From Parcubacteria bacterium OLB19 (GTDB lineage Bacteria > Patescibacteriota > Minisyncoccia > Phycocordibacterales > UBA918): a stretch of DNA of 64,000 nt. The DNA is taken from positions 17,525-81,524 of the forward strand of contig JZEL01000029.1 in assembly GCA_001567365.1 (NCBI GenBank). Direction: 5' to 3'. Numbering within the stretch: position 1 is the stretch's first letter; every line of letters starts with the position of its first letter. This document shows positions 1 to 9,397 of this stretch, one piece after another. The position numbers were made by a program, and so were the translations under genes. The notes beneath the pieces were generated by a model. It was not told the origin of the DNA and did not search any database. It saw nothing but the letters and a program-made list of their open reading frames with translations.

Positions 1-30
1 AATTTCACTTTTTCTGCTAAAAATTTACGC

Positions 31-456
31 TTAAAACTTTTCCGCAATTACCTCCAACTGCCAAACATCACCAACTTTCTTATCGAGTAACGAAACCACG
101 GGTAGAGAAAATTCTTGATTTAATATATCAACGGCCTGCACACAATTATCAGCATGAGCCTCATCCGAGACCTGACAACCGGCACATTCACAGTGCGGAA
201 TAAATACGAATGAAGTAGCATTGGCCTTTTCAATTAATAATGCAATATCGTCGAGCAAAACTTTCTTATGATCCTCACCACGCATACCTAAAAGAATACC
301 ATCTGGGCCGGGTACTTGAATGCGATAAAGAGCCGTTTCAGAATTAAGACTTGGGTATGATTTTTGTTTTAGTAATTCTCTTAATCGAGCAATAGTATCT
401 TCCAAGCGACCATCTGAACAACTAATAACTATAGCTACTCCATTATCGTGTGACAT
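31..456 (-). CDS. divergent beta-carbonic-anhydrase-like protein (CxDxR ... HxxC motifs: SCSDGR, HCECAGC)
   Basis: 141-aa ORF with Cys-x-Asp-x-Arg and His-x-x-Cys spaced as in beta-CA zinc ligands. Lacks the RN(A)GN segment, so the assignment is tentative. Confidence 0.3.
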   Translation of the reverse strand: MSHDNGVAIVISCSDGRLEDTIARLRELLKQKSYPSLNSETALYRIQVPGPDGILLGMRGEDHKKVLLDDIALLIEKANATSFVFIPHCECAGCQVSDEAHADNCVQAVDILNQEFSLPVVSLLDKKVGDVWQLEVIAEKF

Positions 457-518
457 ACAAAATTTTTATTTTAAAACGAGATTATACTCCTATTTATAAA
501 GAATTGGTAGATTCTTGT

Positions 519-1355
519 TTAAAACGGCAATAAACCACCCGTATATTCACAAAAAACTACTTGATCCTCAGAAATTCCTAAAGTTTTGGCAAATTCTTGA
601 CGTGCAGTTTGGCGATTACCAATCATATCAATCAAACCTTTTTCAAGCGCCCTGATTCCCGGCATAGAAGAACCATCAGCCAAAGCTTCAATTTCTTCTA
701 CTGACTTACCACGCATTTCTGCCACCTTCTTCACAAACTCTTTATGTACCAATTCCAAATCTGCTTCGAAGAGCTTTCTCTCTCCCTCGGTTAAAGGTTT
801 TTCTGGATTTCCAGCATCTTTGTATTCACCAGAAGAAAGCTGAACAAAAGTAATACCTTCCTCTTCATTCTTTTTAGAATTTTCAGTATAAGACATCGTC
901 ACGCCAATACTACCGACATCAGACATCGAAGAAGCAATTATTTTATCAGCTGAAGCTGCTACCAAGTAAGCACCCGACGCTCCCATATCACCAATCAAAC
1001 TCATAGTTGGCAAACTGGTCGAACGGACAATATCGCTGATTTGTTCAGAAGCTACTGGTGTGCCCCCCGGTGAATTTATTTCAAGTAATATACCATCAAC
1101 TCCAAAATCACTCTCCGCTCGACTGACAAAATCTCGCACTGTCTGTGGTGTGGTTACTAATGGAAAATCTTCAAAACCTGTGAACGGCATAATTGCGCCC
1201 TCCACTGGAAAAACCGCAATGTTGCAAACGCCATCACTAATAATTTCGTAATTATACCAAGCGTCAATAATTCCTAAAATAAGAAGCACTGATATAATCA
1301 CGGCTACCACACGCAGAAATACTCCTGCCACTTCCCTACCAAATGTTTTTGCCAT
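519..1355 (-). CDS. sppA: signal peptide peptidase SppA (S49 family, 36K type)
   Basis: N-terminal TM helix. ClpP/crotonase-fold motifs GDMGASGAYLVAASADKIIASSMSDVGSIGV typical of SppA. Confidence 0.8.
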   Translation of the reverse strand: MAKTFGREVAGVFLRVVAVIISVLLILGIIDAWYNYEIISDGVCNIAVFPVEGAIMPFTGFEDFPLVTTPQTVRDFVSRAESDFGVDGILLEINSPGGTPVASEQISDIVRSTSLPTMSLIGDMGASGAYLVAASADKIIASSMSDVGSIGVTMSYTENSKKNEEEGITFVQLSSGEYKDAGNPEKPLTEGERKLFEADLELVHKEFVKKVAEMRGKSVEEIEALADGSSMPGIRALEKGLIDMIGNRQTARQEFAKTLGISEDQVVFCEYTGGLLPF

Positions 1356-1418
1356 ATATTTGACTATAGTATCATAGACAGGATAACTATAAACATCGAC
1401 TACACATAGTGTAGAATA

Positions 1419-2486
1419 ATGAACAACATGGCTTTAAATAACCAAACTCAGAAAAAATTGAAAAAAATACTAGTTGTTTCAACTTTAGCTGTAGGTGCTT
1501 TATTGCTTATCCTCTTATTATTTTTGCTTTGGACTAAATATGTGGTTCACAGTGAAAAAACTGTTTATGTCACCACACCAGACAGTTCTATTAAAATAGA
1601 TACAGAAACAGACGGGCTAGAAACCTTTCCCGTCAGCGTTGATCCAGTAAACAAAAAAATAGTTGAGGATCCAACTCTTAATTCCTATTTAGAAAATCAT
1701 TTATCGATGAACGATAATAGCAAATACCGACAAGCCAGATGGTTTGATCGAATACTGGCCAAATTATCGGAATCGAGTCTATACCAACAGCTCGCTTCTC
1801 CACGCAGTCGTATATTGGTAATTTATCCAGGAGAAAGAAGAGAGGAGATAGTGAAAAATTTTGGTGACATTTTACGCTGGAACAAGGAACAAAGAAAAAC
1901 TTTTTCAGATAAAATTACTAAAACCGAACCTTTACTTGAAGATGGTAAATTTTTTCCTGGACGTTATGTGGTAGATACCAAAATCACTCCAGAAGCCGTA
2001 GGTGATTTGGTCAACACTAGATTTATCAGTGAGATTTTAAATAAATATGATGATACAGTTGCCGATAAAGTTCCACTACAAGACGCTTTAATCATTGCTT
2101 CACTACTAGAAAGAGAGGCTTATGACTTTACCGACATGCGACAAATATCTGGCATAATCTGGAATCGTTTATTTGTTGAAATGCCACTTCAACTTGATGC
2201 CAGCCTACAATACGCTCGGGGTAGCAAAGTAAACGAACCAAAATGGTGGCCAACTCCAATACCCGCCGATAAATTTCTCAAGTCACCATACAACACATAT
2301 AAAAATACAGGATTACCTCCCACTCCAATTGCCAACCCTTCAGTTGAAGCGGTGGTAGCCGCCCTTAACCCAGAGGTAACTCCTTGTATGTTTTATTTTC
2401 ATGACACTAAAGGTGGTTTTCATTGCACAAAAACCTACGAAGAGCATGTAGCTAAATTAAAGAAAATCTACGGACGTGGAATCTAG
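1419..2486 (+). CDS. mltG: endolytic murein transglycosylase MltG (YceG family)
   Basis: N-terminal TM. C-terminal YceG signature LQLDASLQYARG ... YNTYKNTGLPPTPIANPS ... A...NP...YFHD..G..H.T..EH. Confidence 0.8.
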   Translation: MNNMALNNQTQKKLKKILVVSTLAVGALLLILLLFLLWTKYVVHSEKTVYVTTPDSSIKIDTETDGLETFPVSVDPVNKKIVEDPTLNSYLENHLSMNDNSKYRQARWFDRILAKLSESSLYQQLASPRSRILVIYPGERREEIVKNFGDILRWNKEQRKTFSDKITKTEPLLEDGKFFPGRYVVDTKITPEAVGDLVNTRFISEILNKYDDTVADKVPLQDALIIASLLEREAYDFTDMRQISGIIWNRLFVEMPLQLDASLQYARGSKVNEPKWWPTPIPADKFLKSPYNTYKNTGLPPTPIANPSVEAVVAALNPEVTPCMFYFHDTKGGFHCTKTYEEHVAKLKKIYGRGI

Positions 2487-2540
2487 AAAATCTAAAAATT
2501 TTAAAAGCGCTGTTTGCAAGCAAACAGCGCTTTTTGTGCC

Positions 2541-2786
2541 TTACCAGCATCTGGTGTAACCACCGCACGGCAAGGTACGAATTGTTCCTCCACCCCTATT
2601 ACCCCTATTATACATTCCAGGGTATGCACGATGGCCATAATCTGGTCTTACGTAGGCACCACCACCATAAGGAGCAGCACCGTAACCCACTCTGTAATTG
2701 TATCCACCTTCTATATAGGGCACACCCACGCACCCACTAAGTAAAATCGATAGGAGTAATAACACTCCAATAATAATCTTTTTCAT
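2541..2786 (-). CDS. small Gly/Tyr-rich lipoprotein (signal peptide + lipobox LLSGC)
   Basis: 81 aa. MKKIIIGVLLLLSILLSGC followed by a GYG/GGY-rich low-complexity region. Confidence 0.5.
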   Translation of the reverse strand: MKKIIIGVLLLLSILLSGCVGVPYIEGGYNYRVGYGAAPYGGGAYVRPDYGHRAYPGMYNRGNRGGGTIRTLPCGGYTRCW

Positions 2787-2905
2787 GATGCCCTCCTAGA
2801 GCAAAAAATGAAATTTTGAAGAACTTTATGTTTTTATTATATCATTTTCATTGTTTTTGTCAAGGTTTTTACTTAATTATTGTGTATAAATTTTATAAAA
2901 AAAAT

Positions 2906-2950
2906 AAGCCGTCAAATTAAGCTTTCGCTTAATTTGACGGCTTTATTTGG
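2906..2950. terminator. bidirectional rho-independent terminator (perfect 17-bp stem aagccgtcaaattaagc/gcttaatttgacggctt, A-tract before, T-tract after)
   Basis: Inverted repeat read directly from the sequence. Lies between two convergent/adjacent small genes. Confidence 0.6.
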
Positions 2951-2959
2951 TGAATCATT

Positions 2960-3238
2960 TTATTCCCCACCTCCGCCATCACCTCCATCAAAACTTGATC
3001 CGTCTCCAATATTGACATCACCGTCATTATTGAAGTTGTTTATTGTGTCACCGTCATTATGATGATCATGATGGTAGTGATGATCACCAAAACCCCCATA
3101 ATAACCTAGCCCATAACCCATACCAAAGGCCCCTAATCCATAAATTGCTGGATTATAATAGCCACCTCCATAATATGCGGGAGCATTACCATAACCACCA
3201 TAGCCATAATTAGCATATCCGCCTGCTGGTATGGCCAC
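2960..3238 (-). CDS. paralogous Gly/Tyr/His-rich small protein; N-terminal signal-peptide/lipobox (…LLVLTGC) is out of frame
   Basis: GYG repeats plus a DHHYHHDHHNDGD His/Asp-rich tail. The upstream 45 nt (tcatgatgccctcctagagca(a/g)aaaatgaaatttt(t)gaagaac) is near-identical to the upstream of 2541..2786, but there is a 1-2 nt indel right after the ATG. Confidence 0.4.
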   Translation of the reverse strand: MAIPAGGYANYGYGGYGNAPAYYGGGYYNPAIYGLGAFGMGYGLGYYGGFGDHHYHHDHHNDGDTINNFNNDGDVNIGDGSSFDGGDGGGGE

Positions 3239-3371
3239 ACAGCCGGTCAGAACAAGCAGAATAATAATTGCTAAGGATATTTCTCATGATGCCCTCCTAG
3301 AGCAGAAAATGAAATTTTTGAAGAACCTTATTGTCTTTAATGGTATCATACTTTAGTCATTATGTCAATGT

Positions 3372-3412
3372 AAAAGCGGTGGTTTTGCGAAGCAAAACCA
3401 CCGCTTTTACTC
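3372..3412. terminator. rho-independent terminator hairpin (aaaagcggtggttttgc-gaa-gcaaaaccaccgctttt)
   Basis: Perfect 17-bp inverted repeat flanked by A/T tracts, downstream of 3428..4012(-). Confidence 0.6.
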
Positions 3413-3427
3413 TTATAAAGAAGTTTT

Positions 3428-4012
3428 TTATATCCCTTTCTTACCCAACTCAGTTACCTCCTTTGCCCATTTCTCTCTCATCTTATCATCCACTCTTTCA
3501 CAAGGTCCAAAAGCACTTACGGCTGTGCGGATTCCTGCAAATTCCATAATTCCATATTGAATCTCATTGGTAAAATCACCAAACTGCCACCAAGTCTTAA
3601 AGGGGCTATGCGTACCTGAAAGAATAATTACACGTCCAGTCCTCCCTTTTAAATGCTTTTCAATCTGACGAGTTTGTTTATTGAAATTAAAAGCAAATCC
3701 AGGAAGCCAAAAACGATCAAACAAACCTTTTAGTATCGCCGGCATAGTACACCACCAGTTTGGATAGATGATTACAATATGTTCAGCAGCGCGGAATTTA
3801 TTTTGTAACTCTATCAAATCAGGTTCGAGCTGTTGAATCTCCTTATAACCTTTATGTAAAATTGGATCAAAATTAAGTTCACCGATATTAACCCTCATCA
3901 CAGTATGTCCCGCATCTTCTGCTCCAGCTTGATAATAATCGGCCATAACTCCTGTGTAGGAATCCTTATCAGGGTGACCACACAAAACTAGAATATTCTT
4001 TGGATTTTTCAT
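3428..4012 (-). CDS. flavodoxin-like fold NAD(P)H-dependent oxidoreductase (MdaB/KefF/Flavodoxin_2 family)
   Basis: 194 aa: ILVLCGHP...DSYTG...IIYPNWWCTMPAILKGLFDR..LPGFAF, typical of NAD(P)H:quinone oxidoreductase-like proteins. Confidence 0.65.
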   Translation of the reverse strand: MKNPKNILVLCGHPDKDSYTGVMADYYQAGAEDAGHTVMRVNIGELNFDPILHKGYKEIQQLEPDLIELQNKFRAAEHIVIIYPNWWCTMPAILKGLFDRFWLPGFAFNFNKQTRQIEKHLKGRTGRVIILSGTHSPFKTWWQFGDFTNEIQYGIMEFAGIRTAVSAFGPCERVDDKMREKWAKEVTELGKKGI

Positions 4013-4033
4013 ATTCCTAATAGTATAACGGAA

Positions 4034-4058
4034 AAGGCGCGGGCTTCGCCCGCGCCTT
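4034..4058. terminator. GC-rich hairpin (aaggcgcgggc-ttc-gcccgcgcctt), likely terminator
   Basis: Perfect 11-bp GC-rich stem in an AT-rich context. Confidence 0.45.
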
Positions 4059-4069
4059 GTTGATTACTT

Positions 4070-4400
4070 CTACTGTCTAATAGTTCCATTAGGATTAAAT
4101 TGTCCTTGAGCACCCATTTGCATTTTCATCAGTTGTTCCTTCATTTCTGGACTCATTACAGCTAAAATTTCTTTTTGGTATTTAGGTAAAACTTTCATCG
4201 CCGCTGCCATTTGATTATTCCCGTTTACCTTTAATTCTTCTTGCATTTCTTTAGCAATTTTTTTCAAACAACGCTGGATCTTTTTCTATCATCTCCAGAA
4301 TCATTTGTTGTTGTTCTGGTGGAACATCTTTCATCTGTGATTGAAGCACTTTTTTTAAGTGCGTATTGTTTCAATTTTCCAAACATAATACCGACGATTG
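4070..4400 (-). pseudogene. degraded or frameshifted small gene (fragments MFGKLKQYALKK / MKDVPPEQQQMILEMIEKDPALFEKN / KIAKEMQEELK...MKEQLMKMQMGAQGQF)
   Basis: Three consecutive reading-frame pieces on the minus strand read as one helical, Met/Gln-rich polypeptide when joined. Only the last piece is an ORF in the track. Confidence 0.3.
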
Positions 4401-4422
4401 TATCATAATAATAATTTGAGCA

Positions 4423-5715
4423 CTATCTCCTTGCCAGCCAAGCAGAATCTTGTCTTACCAATAATTCACCAGCTTTTTCTGGTTCTTGCATAACTTCTTC
4501 AACTATCTTTTCAGCCCGAATCCCCTGAGAAGCTTTGATTAAAACCACATCTCCAGCTTGAATAAAGTTTTGTAATTCCCGCCCCGCTTTGGCAACATCA
4601 TCATATTGAAAAATATTTTTTTCACTCATACCGTACTCCAAAGCAGTCTCAGCTATCTTTCGCGCCCTAACACCTATAGTAAAAAGTACATCGGCCGAAC
4701 CAGCAACCAATTCACCTATTCTCTCATGCTCACGTGGTGAAAAACGTCCCAACTCTAACATATCACCTAAAACTGCGATCTTTCTTTTAGCTTGCTTGAT
4801 TTCTTTCAAGGTAATAATCGCCTGTTCTGCTGCAGTTGGTGATGAATTATAAGTATCATCGATCAGAACTGATCCTTTGATCCCTTTAATAATACGCATT
4901 CTCCCCGGTGGTGACATATGAGTAGACAAATCATCAACCGCCTCTCTTACAGCAACTCCACACTGTGAAGCCACAGCAATTGCGCCCGCGTATGTATATA
5001 CATGCTGACCACCAACAACGCCAGAAATTTTTACTGTATGGTTTTCGGATAAATTATTTATATCAAAACTCAAACCAGCCGGCACATCATCATGATAAAA
5101 AATTTGATCATTACTAGCCGTAAATTGTGATGGTAGATAACGGCTAAAACCAATAGCTTTGTGTCTTACTTCAGCTAATTCTTTTTGAATAATTTCGTCA
5201 TCATGGTTGTAGATAACCACTCCTTCCGGTTTAAGCGCTTCAACTAGTTTCATTTTTTCATCAATCACAGACTGGGGGTCAGAAAAATACTCCACATGCA
5301 CAGGTACATCTGGTAAACGCGTCAACACCGCCATGTCTGGTTTCATCCAACTAGTTAGTCTACTCATATCTCCTGGACGATCAATACCAGTTTCAAGCAC
5401 AAGATAAGTAGGATAATCTTTTGAAAATAAAGCAATAAAAAAACCATCCACTAAATTTTTCAACCACAAAAAAGGGTTATTCCACGCATTAGGTAAACCG
5501 AGAACAGTCAGTGGCACACCAATATCAGAATTAAAACTCTTTTCACTTTTTCTGGTTGGATAGTGTTTTTTGAGGATACTAAAAATAGCATCTTTCATAG
5601 AGGTTTTACCAACGCTACCAGTAATAGCGATAATAATTGGTTTGTGACGCTTCAATAAAATTTTCGCTTCAAACACCAACACATAAACTACAAAACTTTT
5701 AAATAAATTTTTCAT
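4423..5715 (-). CDS. murF: UDP-N-acetylmuramoyl-tripeptide--D-alanyl-D-alanine ligase MurF
   Basis: Mur ligase P-loop IAITGSVGKTSMKD. MurF-specific DDTYNSSP (DxxYNANP) motif. Sits directly downstream of ftsI in the dcw cluster. Confidence 0.8.
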   Translation of the reverse strand: MKNLFKSFVVYVLVFEAKILLKRHKPIIIAITGSVGKTSMKDAIFSILKKHYPTRKSEKSFNSDIGVPLTVLGLPNAWNNPFLWLKNLVDGFFIALFSKDYPTYLVLETGIDRPGDMSRLTSWMKPDMAVLTRLPDVPVHVEYFSDPQSVIDEKMKLVEALKPEGVVIYNHDDEIIQKELAEVRHKAIGFSRYLPSQFTASNDQIFYHDDVPAGLSFDINNLSENHTVKISGVVGGQHVYTYAGAIAVASQCGVAVREAVDDLSTHMSPPGRMRIIKGIKGSVLIDDTYNSSPTAAEQAIITLKEIKQAKRKIAVLGDMLELGRFSPREHERIGELVAGSADVLFTIGVRARKIAETALEYGMSEKNIFQYDDVAKAGRELQNFIQAGDVVLIKASQGIRAEKIVEEVMQEPEKAGELLVRQDSAWLARR

Positions 5716-5716
5716 A

Positions 5717-7438
5717 TTAGCGATCAGGTGGGATTGTATAATAATTAATCAGAAATTTTGCTATATCCATAAAGGGCTCGGTTAGTGTCTCTGAAGCATA
5801 CTTCACCCCTTTCGGCTCAACAGTATACATGAAAACAATGAATTTGGGGTCAAAGGCAGGAAAATAGCCAAAGAATGAGTGTAAATACTTATCTTCATAA
5901 TAACCACCACCATTAGGATCTGCTATTTGCGCAGTTCCGGTTTTGGCACCAATAGTGTAATTTTGCATCTTAAATTTACCTTTACCCAGAGCTTCATCCA
6001 CCACCGTAGTAAGCATGCGAGAAATCTCTTCACTACTTTCTTTGCTAATAACCTGCGCACCCTTAGGATGGAGAATTTCTTTCACAGTACCATCTTCGTA
6101 CTCAATCGCTGATGCCAAGTGTGGCGTTACCAAATACCCTCCATTACCGAGAGTCGCCAAAGCGCGGATAGTAGCGATTGGGGTTAAGGCAATACCTTGT
6201 CCAAAAGACGCTGTTGCATATTCGACATCACGAGGGGATTTTAGATTTTCAATCAAACCAAAAGCTTCATTGGGTTGATCGATACCAGTTTCGCTTCCTA
6301 ATTTGAAATTATAAAAATATTCTCGAAACTTTTCCTTACCCATCTTTTGAACAATATACGATACACCTGTATTTAAAGATTGATTCAATACTTCTTGCAT
6401 TTCTACCGTACCACGACCTTTTCCGTCATAGTTCTTGATTGTAAAAGTATTTAAAGTAATAGAACCAGCATCAAAATAGGTTGAATGACGATTAATAGCA
6501 CCACTATCAAGTCCGGCCGCCATCGTTAAAGCTTTGATAGTAGAACCAAATTCATAAACGTTTTCCACTAACGGATTTTGGAAGAACTCGACTGTTGTTG
6601 TTCCTCGATCATTTAAATTAAACCCCGGTACTGCATTCATCGCATAAATAGCGCCGGTCTTTGGATCCATAATGATGGCGCCAGTCATTTTGCTTTCATA
6701 ACGAGCATTAGTTTCAAGCAATACAGAATCTAGCATTCGCGCTACAGTTGGCTCTATAGTAGTAACAACGTCACCCTTGGGTGATGATTCCTCTTTACTA
6801 TAGACCATATCTCCGAGGTTACTAAAAATTTCGGCAAAGAAGTTAACCGACCGGACCTCACGATCACGCACCAAAACATCATCATAATAACGCTCAAGGC
6901 CATACTTACCATGAAGATCATCATCAGTTTTTTCTGTGTAACCAACAAACCCTATTACCTTAGCCGTCAAATCATCACCCGGATAATAGCGCCATTGATT
7001 GCGATAAAGCTGAACACCATCGAGATCAAGATTTTCAATTTGTTCTGCGATTTCATCAGGAATGGTAAGATCAATCTCTACGTAAGTACGTTCCTTCAAA
7101 CTAGCTTTTTCTAAACAACGTTCCTTCTCCACCTTTAAAAATGGTTGTAACTTTTCACAAACAGCATTTGGGTCTGTGATTATAGTTGGATTAAACGCCA
7201 ACAAAAACCCAGAACGGATTGAAGCGGCGGAAACTTTCTCTCCGTCCTTGGTAGTAAAAAAAATCGAACCACGAGAATACAAATCCTGCTTAGTATGTAC
7301 ATATTGTCTCTCTGCCCTGTCAGTATAAAAATCATTTTGACTTACCTGCAAACAATATAATCTAAACAATAATATTAAGGCTAAAAATAGAACAATGCCG
7401 GTAATGACACGAATTCTTATTACCATTTCGCGTCTCAT
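5717..7438 (-). CDS. ftsI: penicillin-binding protein FtsI (class B transpeptidase)
   Basis: N-terminal TM. SxxK (GSTIKAL), SxN (NQSLNTG) and KTG (GAKTGTAQ) motifs. Position in the dcw cluster. Confidence 0.85.
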   Translation of the reverse strand: MRREMVIRIRVITGIVLFLALILLFRLYCLQVSQNDFYTDRAERQYVHTKQDLYSRGSIFFTTKDGEKVSAASIRSGFLLAFNPTIITDPNAVCEKLQPFLKVEKERCLEKASLKERTYVEIDLTIPDEIAEQIENLDLDGVQLYRNQWRYYPGDDLTAKVIGFVGYTEKTDDDLHGKYGLERYYDDVLVRDREVRSVNFFAEIFSNLGDMVYSKEESSPKGDVVTTIEPTVARMLDSVLLETNARYESKMTGAIIMDPKTGAIYAMNAVPGFNLNDRGTTTVEFFQNPLVENVYEFGSTIKALTMAAGLDSGAINRHSTYFDAGSITLNTFTIKNYDGKGRGTVEMQEVLNQSLNTGVSYIVQKMGKEKFREYFYNFKLGSETGIDQPNEAFGLIENLKSPRDVEYATASFGQGIALTPIATIRALATLGNGGYLVTPHLASAIEYEDGTVKEILHPKGAQVISKESSEEISRMLTTVVDEALGKGKFKMQNYTIGAKTGTAQIADPNGGGYYEDKYLHSFFGYFPAFDPKFIVFMYTVEPKGVKYASETLTEPFMDIAKFLINYYTIPPDR

Positions 7439-7447
7439 AGTAGAAAA

Positions 7448-7759
7448 TTATTCAGCATCTGAACGAAATACTAGATTCTGCTCAGCCCTACTTATGAAAA
7501 TTTTGTTGTGATTTTCGGTAAAACCACCGACTGTTGCTACCTCAGTACTAATTCTATGTTGTGCAACGATATACGCTGATTCCAAACGAGCAATTTCGGA
7601 TCTAAGCTCATTTAAATTATGCATAGCTTCCTTCCGCATCACCACATGCATTACAGACAAACTAAGAAAATACATATACAAAACAATACCAGCAAGAAAC
7701 AAACCAAGACATAAAGTGGTAATTAAATGATTGTATTGATTTATAACTTGATTGTTCAT
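7448..7759 (-). CDS. ftsL: cell division protein FtsL-like (TM + coiled coil)
   Basis: 103 aa with a single TM and a heptad-like region. Located between rsmH and ftsI. Confidence 0.5.
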   Translation of the reverse strand: MNNQVINQYNHLITTLCLGLFLAGIVLYMYFLSLSVMHVVMRKEAMHNLNELRSEIARLESAYIVAQHRISTEVATVGGFTENHNKIFISRAEQNLVFRSDAE

Positions 7760-7768
7760 AAACTTTGT

Positions 7769-8668
7769 TTATTCTGTATTTACTCTGCTTATAATTCTTA
7801 ATTTGGCACTTCTGGCCCTAGGGTTATTTTGAAGTTCATCGTCACTAGCGGTAATGGGTTTTTTATTAACCAAAACAAATAGTCCATTATCGACCAATTC
7901 CCTGAATTTAAGTTTAACGATTCGGTCTTCAATGCTATGAAAACTAATAATCGCCAATCGTCCATTAAGCGCTAAGGCTTCAACCGCCTTATCAATAAAA
8001 TTCTCTAGGACTTTTAATTCGTCATTGACAGCAATTCGTAAAGCTTGAAAGGTTTTTGTAGCCGGATGGATAGTTTTTTTGAAAGACCTTCTAGGTACAA
8101 CTTTTTCCACTATTTCGGCCAACTCCTTGGCAGTAGCTATTGGTTTAATCTTTCTCGAAACAGCGATGGCGCGGGCGATTTTACGAGCATAACGCTCTTC
8201 CCCATAACCATAAATCACATTAGCAATATCTTCTTCCGACCAACCATTTACGATATCGTAGGCGGTAAACAAATAGTCATTAGACTCACCAAAAGTCATA
8301 AGTAATGGTTCCTCCGCTTGAAAAGAGAATCCCTTTCCACCATCAGTAAATTGATCGGTTCGCCAACCAAGATCAGCTAAAATTGCGTCGACTTTTTCTA
8401 TATTTAAAGAGCTCAGGATTGTATTAAGATTTGAAAAATTATCATTGATTAAATGTATAGTTGGAGCATTTTTTTTAAGTTCTAGAGGATTATCTCTAAA
8501 AGCGGTTTTGTCAGCATCGATACCAACATAAACACCTTGTTTTCCCAACTGTCCGCAAATCAATTTTGCATGTCCACCACCACCATAGGTTGCATCAACT
8601 ACCACACTGTTCTTATTTAATGCCAGTGCCTCTACCGCCTCAGTTTGTAGAACTGTGATGTGCTTCAT
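7769..8668 (-). CDS. rsmH: 16S rRNA (cytosine1402-N4)-methyltransferase RsmH/MraW
   Basis: DATYGGGGHA SAM-binding motif. Adjacent to mraZ. Confidence 0.9.
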   Translation of the reverse strand: MKHITVLQTEAVEALALNKNSVVVDATYGGGGHAKLICGQLGKQGVYVGIDADKTAFRDNPLELKKNAPTIHLINDNFSNLNTILSSLNIEKVDAILADLGWRTDQFTDGGKGFSFQAEEPLLMTFGESNDYLFTAYDIVNGWSEEDIANVIYGYGEERYARKIARAIAVSRKIKPIATAKELAEIVEKVVPRRSFKKTIHPATKTFQALRIAVNDELKVLENFIDKAVEALALNGRLAIISFHSIEDRIVKLKFRELVDNGLFVLVNKKPITASDDELQNNPRARSAKLRIISRVNTE

Positions 8669-8691
8669 GGTAATAAAAGTAGAAAGAGAAT

Positions 8692-9126
8692 TTATAGGAC
8701 ACCAATCTCTCCGAGTTTTTCAGCAAGAGCGTCAGCTTCTAGCTCGATCTTGCGCTTATACTCAGTCCATTTTTCCTCATCCCAAATTTCGATACGATTA
8801 TGGATACCGGCAAGCACAACGTTTGTACTTAAGGTAGCAAAATCTTTCAAAAAGTCTGGCACGAGAATACGTCCAACTGAATCCACCTCCACCTCTACTG
8901 CTCCCGACAAGAAGAATCGATTGAAGCTTCTTGTATCCGCCTGTCCGAGTGGAAGTTGACCAATCTTTTCAGTGATCTTCTCCCACTCCCGGAGCGGATA
9001 TACAAAGAGACAGTTGTCGAGACCTCGGGTTACTACAAGTTCTTTCCCAAGTTCCTTTCGCCATTTAGACGGTAAGGACAGCCGTTTCTTAGGATCCAAC
9101 GTATGCTTGTATTCGCCGATTAACAT
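8692..9126 (-). CDS. mraZ: transcriptional regulator MraZ
   Basis: 144 aa with duplicated MraZ halves. MLIGEYKHTLDPKKRLSLPSKWR start. Confidence 0.9.
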   Translation of the reverse strand: MLIGEYKHTLDPKKRLSLPSKWRKELGKELVVTRGLDNCLFVYPLREWEKITEKIGQLPLGQADTRSFNRFFLSGAVEVEVDSVGRILVPDFLKDFATLSTNVVLAGIHNRIEIWDEEKWTEYKRKIELEADALAEKLGEIGVL

Positions 9127-9254
9127 ATCTCAACTAGTCTATACGACTTTCGTCGTATTTTCCACTATCTCCCACCACACGTACATTGTATACCACTTTA
9201 CCCCACCTGCAACTACTTTATACCCAGAAATTGGGTATAACTTTCTACAAATAC

Positions 9255-9295
9255 AAAAAACCGGTGGATTCCTACGGAATCCACCGGTTTTTTGT
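9255..9295. terminator. strong bidirectional rho-independent terminator (aaaaaaccggtggattcc-tac-ggaatccaccggtttttt)
   Basis: Perfect 18-bp stem with A6/T6 flanks, downstream of lysS. Confidence 0.7.
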
Positions 9296-9397
9296 TTACT
9301 ATTTTACTTTGCTAACCCGAACCCTTTAGTTACAGATTCAATCTCAGTCTGCCCACCAAAAACCAATACACCAAGATATTCTATTTCGTCATTTTTC

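Noticed and set aside
1060-1251. 63-aa plus-strand ORF inside sppA
   Set aside because: Antisense to the conserved S49 peptidase core, with no independent support.
2514-2744. Two plus-strand ORFs (76 and 68 aa, His/Thr-rich) overlapping the 2541..2786 lipoprotein gene
   Set aside because: They are frames of the GC-skewed Gly/Tyr repeat region on the opposite strand. The minus-strand product has a clean signal peptide/lipobox and a paralog next door.
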